From: Halobacteriales archaeon QS_8_69_26
GTDB taxonomy: Archaea > Halobacteriota > Halobacteria > Halobacteriales > SW-7-71-33
NCBI GenBank assembly: GCA_003023195.1
Contig: PXRX01000043.1
Span: forward strand, 16,643-80,642
Length of the DNA: 64,000 nucleotides
Direction of reading: 5' to 3'
Under the pieces are notes generated by a model that was given only the letters and a program-made list of their open reading frames with translations, did not search any database and was not told the DNA's origin. The number at the start of each line of letters is the position of its first letter. Within the stretch, counting starts at the first letter, position 1. A program made the position numbers and the translations under genes. Positions 44,876-54,400 of this stretch are shown here, piece by piece.

Positions 44876-45328
44876 CTACCCGCCCGTCGCAGAGTCGGGA
44901 GCCTCCCGGGACCGGTGGACCGTCAGCACCGGCACGGTCGCCGTCCTGACGACCTTCTCGGTGACGCTGCCGATCAGGTAGCGTTCCAGTCCCTGCCGGC
45001 CGTGGGTACCCATGACGATCAGGTCGACGTCTTGCTCCTCGGCGTAGTCGACGATGGAGCGGTGGACGGCCCCGTGGACGACGTCGGTCACCACCTCGAT
45101 CCCCCGGCCTTCGGCCGCCTCGGAGACCGTTCCGGTGGCGTCGGTCGCGGCCTCCTCCAGGGCCCGGTCGACGTTCCTGGCGTCGATGGTCCGCGGGACG
45201 GAGGCGGTGTCGACCACGTAGAGGGCGTGGAGCGTCGCGTCGAACCGCTCGGCCAGGGCCAGGGCCTCCCGGGTCGCCGTCTCGGCCCCCTCGCTCCCGT
45301 CGGTCGGGACCAGGATGGTCCGGTACAT
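44876..45328 (-). CDS. universal stress protein (UspA family)
   Basis: From the ATG (cat 45326-45328) the product is MYRTILVPTDGSEGAETATREAL...DLIVMGTHGRQGLERYLIGSVTEKVVRTATVPVLTV. This is the classical Usp ATP-binding motif G-2x-G-9x-G(S/T). Confidence 0.85.
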   Translation of the reverse strand: MYRTILVPTDGSEGAETATREALALAERFDATLHALYVVDTASVPRTIDARNVDRALEEAATDATGTVSEAAEGRGIEVVTDVVHGAVHRSIVDYAEEQDVDLIVMGTHGRQGLERYLIGSVTEKVVRTATVPVLTVHRSREAPDSATGG

Positions 45329-45498
45329 GTCGGTAGATCTGAACTCCACGGTGAAATACCCCCACCACGGTCCCGGCGGGATCGGGGGTGGTCGCACACG
45401 ATACTCGAAACTGGCGACCGGAGAGGCGGGAACCCGGAACTGGTGGCGTGCGGGACCCGGATCGCAACCGGCGACGGGAGGAGTAGAGAACCGGGGGA

Positions 45499-45996
45499 TC
45501 AGTCGTCCGGGTACTCGACGGCGGACGCCGACCCCGACCCGGCGCTGGGTGTGGCGGTGGCCGCGAGGCCGTCGAGTGCGTCCTCGACGGTGCGGGTGCG
45601 GTCGACGTCGGTGTGGGGGTAGACGGCGACGAGGTCCTCGCCGTCGTAGGCGGCGAGGCAGGCGACGGGCGTCACCAGCATCCGGCGGCTCTCGCCGGTG
45701 AACTCGGAGGTGATTTCCTTGCGGTCGAACGCGGGCCGGAGGGTCACGTCCTCGCCCTCGGCCCACTCCTCGAAGCGCTCGCAGGCGTCGACGAGGTCGT
45801 CCTGGCCCGTCGAGAAATCGATCCGCGAGGGCCAGGTAGTGACGTCGATGTCGGCGACGACGCCGTCCTCGCGGAGGTCCTCGAGGCGGTTCGCGTACCT
45901 GTCGACGGCGCTCGCGGTCGTCGTCGACGCACGGCAGAACAGTTCCACGTCGAGGCCGTCGTCGGGGGCGGCGTCCGGGAGGGGGCTGGGGCTCAT
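45499..45996 (-). CDS. conserved haloarchaeal hypothetical protein
   Basis: 165-aa acidic ORF with high GC3. A TATA-like aaatatagg sits about 30 nt upstream of the ATG. I cannot name a motif with confidence. Confidence 0.65.
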   Translation of the reverse strand: MSPSPLPDAAPDDGLDVELFCRASTTTASAVDRYANRLEDLREDGVVADIDVTTWPSRIDFSTGQDDLVDACERFEEWAEGEDVTLRPAFDRKEITSEFTGESRRMLVTPVACLAAYDGEDLVAVYPHTDVDRTRTVEDALDGLAATATPSAGSGSASAVEYPDD

Positions 45997-46247
45997 GGCC
46001 TACTAGATACTACGACAACAGGTCCTATATTTGTCCTCCGGATCCCCGAACGTTGGGGACGGGTTGGCACGGGTACGGATCGCACGGGCCCGGACGAACG
46101 GAGGGCCAGGACCTGGTCCCGTCTGCGGTCGTGTGGACGGCCCCGGACCCGAACGAAGGAAAACGATGGGACGGAAAGCAGGGGGGATCGGTTCCCGGAT
46201 ACGCGACCCGGGAACCCGGGAGTGGAAACCGGGACCGCTCCCGGTGG

Positions 46248-46778
46248 TCAGCCCAGCAGGAGCTTCAGCCACTCGTTGTTCCGGACGAACCCGGTGTCCT
46301 CGACGTACTGGTCGAGGCCGAAGATCCGCCCGGCGCCGAACGCCCCGAGGCCGAACAGGATCAGCGCGTAGACGACGTGGTCGTCGATTATGATAGCGTG
46401 CTCCAGGGGCAGGCTAGCTGCCCAGAAGAACAGCATCATCACGGCGGCCCAGAAGGCGTTCCAGCGGACGAACGCCCCCAGGACGAGGCCGAGGCCGGTC
46501 AGGGTCAGCCCCGCCATCACGAGGGGGTCGATCAGCCAGAGCCACTCGCCCGCCATCGTGGCCCAGACGCCGCCGAAGGGGTTCCCCTCGGGGATCCCGT
46601 GCAGGAGGAACCCTTCGGCGGACCAGTCGCCGGCGAGGACCGTGTCGATGCCCGCGTAGAACAGTACCCAGCCCATCACGACCCGGAGGGTCAGCAGGGA
46701 GTAGCCGACCCAGGTCTCGGAGTACTGGAACCTCGCCTCGCGGCCGAACAGTTCGGCCTCCATCTCGTTGGTTGCCAT
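46248..46778 (-). CDS. DoxX-family membrane protein
   Basis: 176 aa with 4 TM segments. The layout (RVVMGWVLFYAGIDTV...GLTLTGLGLVLG...ALILFGLGAFGAGRIFGLD) is typical of DoxX/TQO small-subunit proteins. Confidence 0.75.
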   Translation of the reverse strand: MATNEMEAELFGREARFQYSETWVGYSLLTLRVVMGWVLFYAGIDTVLAGDWSAEGFLLHGIPEGNPFGGVWATMAGEWLWLIDPLVMAGLTLTGLGLVLGAFVRWNAFWAAVMMLFFWAASLPLEHAIIIDDHVVYALILFGLGAFGAGRIFGLDQYVEDTGFVRNNEWLKLLLG

Positions 46779-46967
46779 GGTTGGTCACCTCTACGTGAGA
46801 ATATCGCCGTGGAAACTCCCTAAATACCGGAGCGGATTCCTACGCCGTGGGAATCCCGGCGAACGGCCGGGTCCACCCGCGATCCGGATCGTCCCGACTA
46901 CCCGGCGGGACCGCGGAAGCGATCCGAACCGCCGCCGCTTAACTCTGTGGCCCTCGTTCTGTCCGAC

Positions 46968-47546
46968 ATGGACGGACTCGACCGTCTCCGCGCGACACTC
47001 CGGGACGCACCGGTCGTCGACATGGGCGACTACGACTACGTGGTCACCCCCGTCACCGACGGGATCCCGCCGGTCGAGCCCGAACTGCTCCGCGAGATCG
47101 CGACGGCGGTCGCCGAGGTTGCCGACGTCGAGGCCGCCGACAAGATAGTGGCGCCGGAGGCGATGGGGATCCACCACGCGACTGCGCTCTCCCTGGAGAC
47201 GGGGACGCCCTTCGTGGTGGTGCGAAAGCGCTCCTACGGCCTCCCGGGCGAGGTGAACGTCCACCAGGAGACCGGCTACGCGGAGTCGGAGCTCTACGTC
47301 AACTACGTCGACGAGGGCGACCGGGTCGTCGTCGTCGACGACATGTTCTCGACGGGCGGTACCCTGACCGCCGTCTGTGACGCCCTCGAATCGATCGGGG
47401 CTGACATTCTCGACGCCGTCACCGTCCTCTCTCGGGGGGACCCGGACCCCGACTTGCCGACCGACCTCGCTCACTTGCTGTGGATCGACCTCCAGGACGG
47501 CAAGGTGGTCGTCCGGGAGGAGCCACCGGCGGACGCCGGGGACTGA
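46968..47546 (+). CDS. hpt: archaeal hypoxanthine/guanine phosphoribosyltransferase
   Basis: From ATG 46968 the product is MDGLDRLRATLRDAPVVDMGDYDYVVTPVTDGIP... The PRPP-binding loop is VVVVDDMFSTGGT. The track start GTG 46947 is less likely. Confidence 0.85.
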   Translation: MDGLDRLRATLRDAPVVDMGDYDYVVTPVTDGIPPVEPELLREIATAVAEVADVEAADKIVAPEAMGIHHATALSLETGTPFVVVRKRSYGLPGEVNVHQETGYAESELYVNYVDEGDRVVVVDDMFSTGGTLTAVCDALESIGADILDAVTVLSRGDPDPDLPTDLAHLLWIDLQDGKVVVREEPPADAGD

Positions 47547-47617
47547 CCCTGGGACCGCCGCCGACCGATCCCGGGGCCGGGGACTGACCCTGGGACCGCC
47601 GCCGACCGATCCCGGGA
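47536..47617. repeat. 41-bp tandem duplication whose first copy contains the hpt stop codon
   Basis: ccggggactgaccctgggaccgccgccgaccgatcccgggg spans 47536-47576 (TGA at 47544-47546). It is repeated at 47577-47617 with one change at the last base. Confidence 0.9.
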
Positions 47618-47687
47618 CCGGGGGATCCCCGGTCGTCCGGGGACCGGGGTCGACAGCCATTTGCCCGCGCCGGTCGACACCGGGTGT

Positions 47688-48395
47688 ATGACACGCGGCC
47701 CGCGCCGGCAACTCGCCGAACGGATCGCCGGCGAGATAACCCTCAGCGAGGAACCGGGCGCGACCATCCGCAAGTGGCGCACCGACTTCGGCGTCTCCCA
47801 GACCGAACTGGCCGAGCGCCTGGACGTCTCCTCGTCGGTCGTCAGCGACTACGAGAGCGGCCGCCGGAGTTCCCCCGGGATCGGGGTGGTGCGACGGCTG
47901 GTCGAGGCCCTCCTCGACGTGGACGAGGAGCGGGGCGGCGACCGGATCCGACAGTACGCCAGGGTGCTGTCGGCGGGCTTTTCCGGGGACGTGGTCCACG
48001 ACCTCCGGGAGTACCCCGCCGTCGTCCCGCACCGACGGATCTACGACGCCATCGGTGCCACGGAACTGGTGGCCGGCGAGCGCGACCGCTCGTCGGGCCA
48101 CACCGTCATCGACAGCGTGGGGGCGATAACCAGCCTCTCGACGGCCGAGTTCTACCGGCTCTACGGCCAGTCGACCAACCGGGTCCTCGTCTTCACCGGG
48201 ATCACCCGGGGAGAGTCGCCGCTGGTGGCGATGCGCGTGGTCTCGCCGACCCCCAACGCCGTCGTCCTCCACGGGATCGGGGTCGACGAACTCTGGGACC
48301 ACGCCCCCGACCTGGCGCGGATCGACGGCATCTCGCTGGCGGTCACCGAGACCGACCGCGAGGAGATGGTCGACGCCCTCCGGGACCTTCCCTGA
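47688..48395 (+). CDS. HTH (XRE-type) transcriptional regulator with C-terminal domain, usual archaeal neighbour of hpt
   Basis: From ATG 47688 the product is MTRGPRRQLAERIAGEITLSEEPGATIRKWRTDFGVSQTELAERLDVSSSVVSDYESGRR (HTH_3 pattern). A ~170-aa conserved domain follows. Confidence 0.75.
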   Translation: MTRGPRRQLAERIAGEITLSEEPGATIRKWRTDFGVSQTELAERLDVSSSVVSDYESGRRSSPGIGVVRRLVEALLDVDEERGGDRIRQYARVLSAGFSGDVVHDLREYPAVVPHRRIYDAIGATELVAGERDRSSGHTVIDSVGAITSLSTAEFYRLYGQSTNRVLVFTGITRGESPLVAMRVVSPTPNAVVLHGIGVDELWDHAPDLARIDGISLAVTETDREEMVDALRDLP

Positions 48396-48485
48396 GTACC
48401 GGATCGACGCGGATCCACCTCCGGGCGATCCATCGGTGGACCGGATCGCAAAACCGCTTTCCGTTCTCCGGTCCGAGACCGGACC

Positions 48486-49499
48486 ATGAGCGACGGCGGC
48501 AAGGTCGACCGGGCCTTCTTCGAGCGGTACCTCCGTCCCCGACTCGGCGCGGACCGGGACGACGTCGCCCTCGGACCGGCCTACGGCGTCGACTTCGGCG
48601 TCGTTGAGGTCGGAGGCAGGGCGGTCGTCACCGCGACGGATCCCCTCTCGATCCTGCCGGACCTGGGCTGGGAGCGGGCGGGCCGGTTCGCCCTCCAGGT
48701 GGTACTCGCCGACGTGGCCGTCTCGGGGCTGGTACCGACCCACCTCTCGGTCGCGTTCCACCTGCCACCGGACCTGAGCGACGAGGCGTTCTCGGCGGTC
48801 TGGGAGGGGATCCACGCCGAGGCCGAGGACCTCGGGGCCGCGATCGTCACGGGTCACACCGGCCGCTACGAGGGGTGTTCGCTGCCGTGGGTCGGCGGCG
48901 CCACGGCGATGGCCGTCGGCGACCCCGACGACGTCGTCCGGCCGGACGGCGCCCGGCCCGGCGACCGACTGCTCGTGACCAAGGGCCCCGCCGTCGAGAC
49001 GGCCGCCCTCCTCGCGACCCTGTTCGGCGACCGGATCGACCTGCCCGCCGGGGACCTGCGGGCGGCCCGGGACCGGGTCGACGACCTCTCGCCGGTCCGG
49101 GACGCACTCGTCGCCGCCGCGGCCGGCCCGGTAACCGCGATGCACGACGCGACCGAACGGGGGATCGCGAACGCCCTCGTCGAGATGGCCGACGCCGCGG
49201 GGGTGCGTATCGAGGCCGGGCGCTCGTCCGCGCCGCTGCTGGACGGCGTCGGGCCGGTCTGTGCGCACTTCGGGATCGACCCCTGGGTCGCCGGGAGCGC
49301 CGGAACGCTTCTGGTGACGGTTCGCCCCGAAGGGGTCGAGGCGGTACTCGGTGCTCTGGAATCCGAGGGGATCCCCGCCGCCGAGGTCGGTCGAGTGCGG
49401 GACGGCGAGGGTGCGACCCTGGACGGCGACCCCGTCAACGTTCCCGACACCGACCCCTTCGCGGCGGTCTACGCGGACCTCCTGGATGGGGGATCCTGA
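48486..49499 (+). CDS. AIR-synthase-related (PurM/ThiL/HypE superfamily) protein
   Basis: 337 aa. It contains DFGVVEVGGRAVVTATDPL, ADVAVSGLVP and IVTGHTGRY, followed by a C-terminal PurM_C-like half. Confidence 0.75.
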   Translation: MSDGGKVDRAFFERYLRPRLGADRDDVALGPAYGVDFGVVEVGGRAVVTATDPLSILPDLGWERAGRFALQVVLADVAVSGLVPTHLSVAFHLPPDLSDEAFSAVWEGIHAEAEDLGAAIVTGHTGRYEGCSLPWVGGATAMAVGDPDDVVRPDGARPGDRLLVTKGPAVETAALLATLFGDRIDLPAGDLRAARDRVDDLSPVRDALVAAAAGPVTAMHDATERGIANALVEMADAAGVRIEAGRSSAPLLDGVGPVCAHFGIDPWVAGSAGTLLVTVRPEGVEAVLGALESEGIPAAEVGRVRDGEGATLDGDPVNVPDTDPFAAVYADLLDGGS

Positions 49500-49526
49500 T
49501 CCGTTTCGGCGGGATCCCGGATCAGG
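49495..49526. terminator. hairpin between convergent genes (9-bp stem, 14-nt loop)
   Basis: cctgatccg (49495-49503) pairs with cggatcagg (49518-49526). The upstream stop codon TGA 49497-49499 lies in the stem. Function as a terminator is an inference only. Confidence 0.3.
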
Positions 49527-49535
49527 TCCGGGCGG

Positions 49536-49811
49536 CTACTTCTCCCGGTCGGTTACGCGGATGTCGATGCCGCCGTCGCTCCAGATACTCACGGTGACGT
49601 CGGGCAGGTCGATGGTCACCGACACCTCGATGTCGGCGGTGTCGTGGAACAGCATGTCGATCGCCCTGGGATTCACGTGCTCATAGAGATCGAACTCGTC
49701 GACGCTGATGGAGTCGTCCCGGTGCGCCTCGACCGCCTCGAGGACGGCCTCGCTGAGCGGAGCGTCCTCCTCGTCGGGGTAGTACCGTCGGCGCTCGGGC
49801 CGTTCGTCCAT
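49536..49811 (-). CDS. HalOD1 (halobacterial output domain 1) protein
   Basis: 91 aa. ...PLSEAVLEAVEAHRDDSISVDEFDLYEHVNPRAIDMLFHDTADIEVSVTIDLPDVTVSIWSDGGIDI matches the HalOD1 pattern (LYDxIDPDALDxLF-like). Confidence 0.7.
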   Translation of the reverse strand: MDERPERRRYYPDEEDAPLSEAVLEAVEAHRDDSISVDEFDLYEHVNPRAIDMLFHDTADIEVSVTIDLPDVTVSIWSDGGIDIRVTDREK

Positions 49812-49980
49812 GGTCTGGTCCTCCGGGATCCCTAGGTGACGGAGCCGGAAATGGGTTCCTCGGATGAGTCCGGAGCGAGGGGAACGGGTCTTGGGAAGCC
49901 GGAAGCGGATCGACGTGGCGGAGACGGATCGCCGGGTCGATCGGTCGAAACGGCCGGGAGAAGCCGGGCAACGGGGTCGA

Positions 49981-51318
49981 CTACTCGACGTACGTGTACT
50001 TCCGCTCGCCCATCCGGCCCCAGCCGTCGAAGACGAACTCGCCCTCGGGCGTGGTCATCGGTTCGACGTCGGTGTCGGTGTCGTGGTTGTGGGTGTCGTG
50101 GATCTTCCCGTACTCCTCGAAGGCGAGGTCGTACCGGCGCTCGAGCTGTTCGAGGACGTTGAGGTGAGCTATCTCCTCCTTCCAGCCGGGCTGGACGACC
50201 TCGGTGTGGACCTCGGCCTGCGCGCCGCTCCCGTAGGAGGCGACCGCGAGGCGCTTGCCGGTCAGGTCCCAGTCGTTCTCCAGGGCGTGTTGCAGGCCGC
50301 TGGCACGGGCGACGTGGACGCTCCCGGTGTACCAGTTGCCGACTTCCCTGCTCAGGTCGAGGGTGGGCTCGACGACGCGGTCGTACCACTCGCCGTAGGT
50401 GTCGGTCTCGACGAGGCGCTCGGTGTACTCGCCCATCGCGTCGAGGTACTCGTCCTCGCTGTCGAACGCCTCGGGCCGGGGCTGGCGACCGATCTCGTCG
50501 GCCAGGTCCTCCTCGATGCTCGTGTCGCGGATGGTGTGCCGGTAGGCCAGCGAGGCGGCCCGCCGGACCATCCCGGGGAACGGGGTGTGGAACGGCAGCA
50601 ACTCGAAGTCGTCGGGGTGGAGGTCGCCGCCGACGCTCTCGTAGTCCTCGACGGCCTCGCGCATCCGGGCCAGGTAGACCTGGATGGACCGCTTGCCGTC
50701 GACGCTGGGGAACTGCTGGTTGGGCTTGAGGAAGTCCGTCTCGTCCATCGACCCGTACCCCTGTTCGGGGCTCAGTTCGACGAGGTCCGGGTCCTCGGAG
50801 ATGTACATCGCCACTGCGCCCGCGCCCTGGGTCGCCTCCCCGCTGTCGCCCCGTTCGTAGAGTGCGGTGTCGGTCGCGACCACCAGGGCACCGCGGTCGC
50901 GGTTGCGCCCGGCGCGGATCCAGTTGTAGGCGTCGTCGATGCTCTGGGTGCCGGCCACGCAGGCGAACTTCCGTTCGCCCTTGTTGGCGTACCGGAAGTC
51001 ACCGTCGAACACCTGTTCAAGGCACCCGGCGATGTACGTCGAGACGGGCTTGGAGTTGTCGAACGCGGACTCGGTGGCGACGTCGATCCGTCCGACGTCC
51101 TCGGGGGTCAGCCCCTTTCGCTCCATCAGGCGCTTGCAGGCGTTGGCCCCCATCGTGACGATGTCCTCGTAACTGTCGGGCAGCGAGGAGGCGTACAGCC
51201 CCAGCCCCTTGGTGTACTTCTCGGGATCCTCGCCCTTGGCCGGGGCGAACGTGCCCGGCAGGTCGAGTTTCAGCTTCCCCGTCCATATCTCGATGGCGTC
51301 GATACCGACCGATGTCAT
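49981..51318 (-). CDS. hmgB: hydroxymethylglutaryl-CoA synthase
   Basis: 445 aa. Motifs include GIDAIEIWTG, ATESAFDNSKP, FACVAGTQ (catalytic Cys), GAGAVAM, PFHTPFPGM and NWYTGS. These are typical of the HMG-CoA synthases used by haloarchaea for the mevalonate pathway. Confidence 0.9.
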   Translation of the reverse strand: MTSVGIDAIEIWTGKLKLDLPGTFAPAKGEDPEKYTKGLGLYASSLPDSYEDIVTMGANACKRLMERKGLTPEDVGRIDVATESAFDNSKPVSTYIAGCLEQVFDGDFRYANKGERKFACVAGTQSIDDAYNWIRAGRNRDRGALVVATDTALYERGDSGEATQGAGAVAMYISEDPDLVELSPEQGYGSMDETDFLKPNQQFPSVDGKRSIQVYLARMREAVEDYESVGGDLHPDDFELLPFHTPFPGMVRRAASLAYRHTIRDTSIEEDLADEIGRQPRPEAFDSEDEYLDAMGEYTERLVETDTYGEWYDRVVEPTLDLSREVGNWYTGSVHVARASGLQHALENDWDLTGKRLAVASYGSGAQAEVHTEVVQPGWKEEIAHLNVLEQLERRYDLAFEEYGKIHDTHNHDTDTDVEPMTTPEGEFVFDGWGRMGERKYTYVE

Positions 51319-51420
51319 GCTACACGTAAGTCAGTGAAACCGGTATAAGATATTGTCGACTCACAGTTCGACGATCGTCGATAGGACCAGGGTCGACGGA
51401 ACCGACGCCGACGCGGACGG

Positions 51421-54400
51421 TCAGTCGTCGCTCGTCGCAACCCGCACGTGGAAGATGTCGTACAGGGTCGCCCGCCCGTCGTCGGGGTCAGCGTCCTCGA
51501 AGACCAGGTACAGGTTTCCGGTCCGGTTGACGTAGGCCCGTTCCTCGGGCGAGAGTCGGAAGCTTGCGGTTTCGATGGAGCCGTCGGTCGCCGGAAGGGT
51601 GTAGGTATTACCGGTGATCGGCGTCCCGTTCGGGTAGACGACGGTCACCACGTAGTCCTCGTTGTTCGGATCGGGGCCTCGCTCGGTATTCATGTTCGTG
51701 CGATACCGAATCTCCACGGTCTGGTTGGTTCCGGAGGGGATCCCGTACGTGGCGACGCCGACGCTGACGTTCCACTCGGAATTGCCGACGCCGGGACCGC
51801 CGTAGTTGACCTCGTCGAGCCATCCGAAGTTGTCGTCCGCGACTTGGTAGTCGGCGAAGTCGTTGACGTTTCCTTCGGCGTTGTCGGGCGTAAGGGAGCT
51901 GTTCTCATTGGGTTCGTCGGGTCCGCCGCAGGTCCCACACTCGTCGTCGTCGAACTCGCTAACGTACGTGCGAACGACTATCCACGCCGTGTCGCTCTGT
52001 CCGCTGGCCCCCTCGTTGCCGACGGCGTCCTTGGCTTCCAGCAACGTTGCCGTGAACTGTCCGGTGGATCCCGTCGTCGTGGTGGCGGTGTAGGTGTACT
52101 CGCCGCCGCTGACGTCTTCGTTGAAGTCGGCCCTGGTGAGCCTCGCGACGGTGTTCCCGTCGCCGTCGGTTATCTCCACGAGGATGTCCGCCAGCGCCTC
52201 GTCCGACGCGAACTCGACTTCGAGGTCTGTTCCGCTCGGATTCGTCAGCGTGAAGTTCGATATCGCCGGGGCGACGGTGTCCTTGGTCCGGTTGTTGGCG
52301 CTGGCGGTGTAGCCGCTGGGGTTCTCGTTGCCGTAGTCGTCCACGACGCGAGCCTCGGGCTTGATGGCGTCCACGCCGTCCGACAGCGAGGAAACGTCGA
52401 TGTTCTGGAAGACCTGGGTGTAGCTGCCGGTATCCACGGCCTGGCTGACGACCACGGTGTTACCGTCGGGCCCCGTCAGCCGGAGGTAGACCGTCCCCGA
52501 CTCGCGCGGGGACGGCAGGTCCACCTCGGCGGTGACGTCGTTCTGGTTGCTGATGTTTATCGGGCTCGTGAGGATCCGCGCCTCGTCGGGGTCCTGCGGC
52601 CGCTTGGTGTCGACGTAGAACTGGTTCGACGTGTCGGGGTTGGGCGTCTGGAGGTTGCCCGCGTCGTCCTCAGCGCCCTCCACGTGGATGGTCGCGTTGC
52701 TCTCGTCCGAGTTCCTCGGTAGGTCGACCGTCCCCTCCCAGGTCGTCCCGTCGACGTAGGTGCCGCTGACGGTCACGTCGTTGGACTCCGGGAGGTCCGT
52801 TATCTTCACCGTCGGGTCGACGCTCTGGTCCATCGACTCGTTGAACGTGACGGTCACGACCTGCGTGTTCCCCGCGTCCGAGTAGTTGATCGGAGCGTTG
52901 GTGATGCTCGCGTCCGTCACCGAGGGCGGGCCCGTGTCGGACGACCCGACCGAGACGACCTCCGTCGTCGTGTCCTTCGCCGTGTCGTTGTCGGTGACCG
53001 TCAGTTCCACGGTGTAATTGCCCGGCGAGGCGTAACTGTGGCTGACCACCTCTCCGGTCGCCGTCGTGCCGTCGCCGAACTCCCAGTCGTAGGAGACGAT
53101 GACCCCGTCCCTGTCTCCGGAGTTCGAGGCGTCGAACGTCACCGTCTCGCCCGTGGCCGGGTTGGAGGGCGAGTAGTCGAACCTCGCGGTCGGGTCCCGG
53201 TTGTTGACCGTTATCGTCTTCGTCGTCGAGTCCGTCGCGCTCCCGTCGTCGACGGTCAGGGTCACGGTGTAGGTGCCGTCGTCGGCGTAGTCGTGGACGA
53301 CCACCTGTCCGCTGTCGGACGTCCCGTCGTCGAACGTCCAGGAGTAGTTCAGCGAGTCGCCGTCGGGATCGCTGGACCCCGAGGCGTTGAACTCGATGTC
53401 CTCCAGGGTCAGGACCGTGCTCTCGTTGGTCGAGAACGACGCCGTCGGCGGCGAGTTCCCGGGCGGCACGTTCTGGACGGTGATCTGGATCACGTCGACG
53501 CTCGTGCCGGACCTGACGGTCACGTTGACCGTGCCGTTCGCCTTCGGCGTGAGGGTCGTCCACACCTCGCCGGCGCCGTTGGTCGTGTTCGTCGATGGGG
53601 TCACGGACGCGACGGAGGTGTCGTCGAGGTTGAAGTTCGCGGAGACGCCGCTCGTCGACGGCGCAGTGGCCGCGCGCAGGTCCAGGACCCCGTCGCTGTC
53701 GGCCCCGGCGTCCCAGGTACACTGGTTGCCGTTGCAGGTGCCGACCATGGCACCGTTGTCGTCGGTCTGCCTCGGGCTATCCCAGGCGATGCTGTAGCTC
53801 CCACCGGCCGCCGGCTGGACGTTCACGGTGAAGTTGACGTGGCGGCGGTCGGAGCCGTTGGGATCGGTCCCGAACCACGCCTGGACCGTGGCGGTCCCCG
53901 CGGAGGTCGCGCGGTAGTCGAACGCGACCCGGCCGTCGGCGTCGCTGGTCGCGTTCGCCGGGCTGACGGTCCCCGGTCCGGAGACGACCGAGGCGTTGAC
54001 CAGTTCCCCGGCGACGGGGTTGTTGAACCGGTCGCGCACCTCGGCGACCAGGGTCACGTTCGTCCCGGTCGTCACCGTCTCGCCGTCGCCCTCCACCTCG
54101 GTGAGGTAGGTCGACTCCGGTTCGGTCACTCCCGATCCCACCCCCACCTTCGCCATCTGGAGGGAGTACTCGACCCCGGCCTCCAGGCGGATGTGGACCA
54201 GGTTGAACGGTTCGGAGGGGACGTCCGTGGACGAGACGGACTTGACGTGACCCCCTTCGGAAACGAACTCCTCTTCGAGGAGCTCCCGCCAGTCGTCCTC
54301 GGAGAGCCGGGTCGGGAGCGTGATCGTGATCGGGTCGTCGCTGGCGTTGCGGACCGTGACGACGTTGTCGGAGGTGCTGACGTCCCGCAGGTCCACCGAG

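Noticed and set aside
46040-46247. A possible small gene or ncRNA in the 200-bp gap downstream of doxX, including the ccgggag...ctcccgg hairpin at about 46213-46243.
   Set aside because: There is no ORF with coding bias. The hairpin directly follows the doxX stop and is most simply a 3'-end structure. The evidence is insufficient to call an RNA gene.
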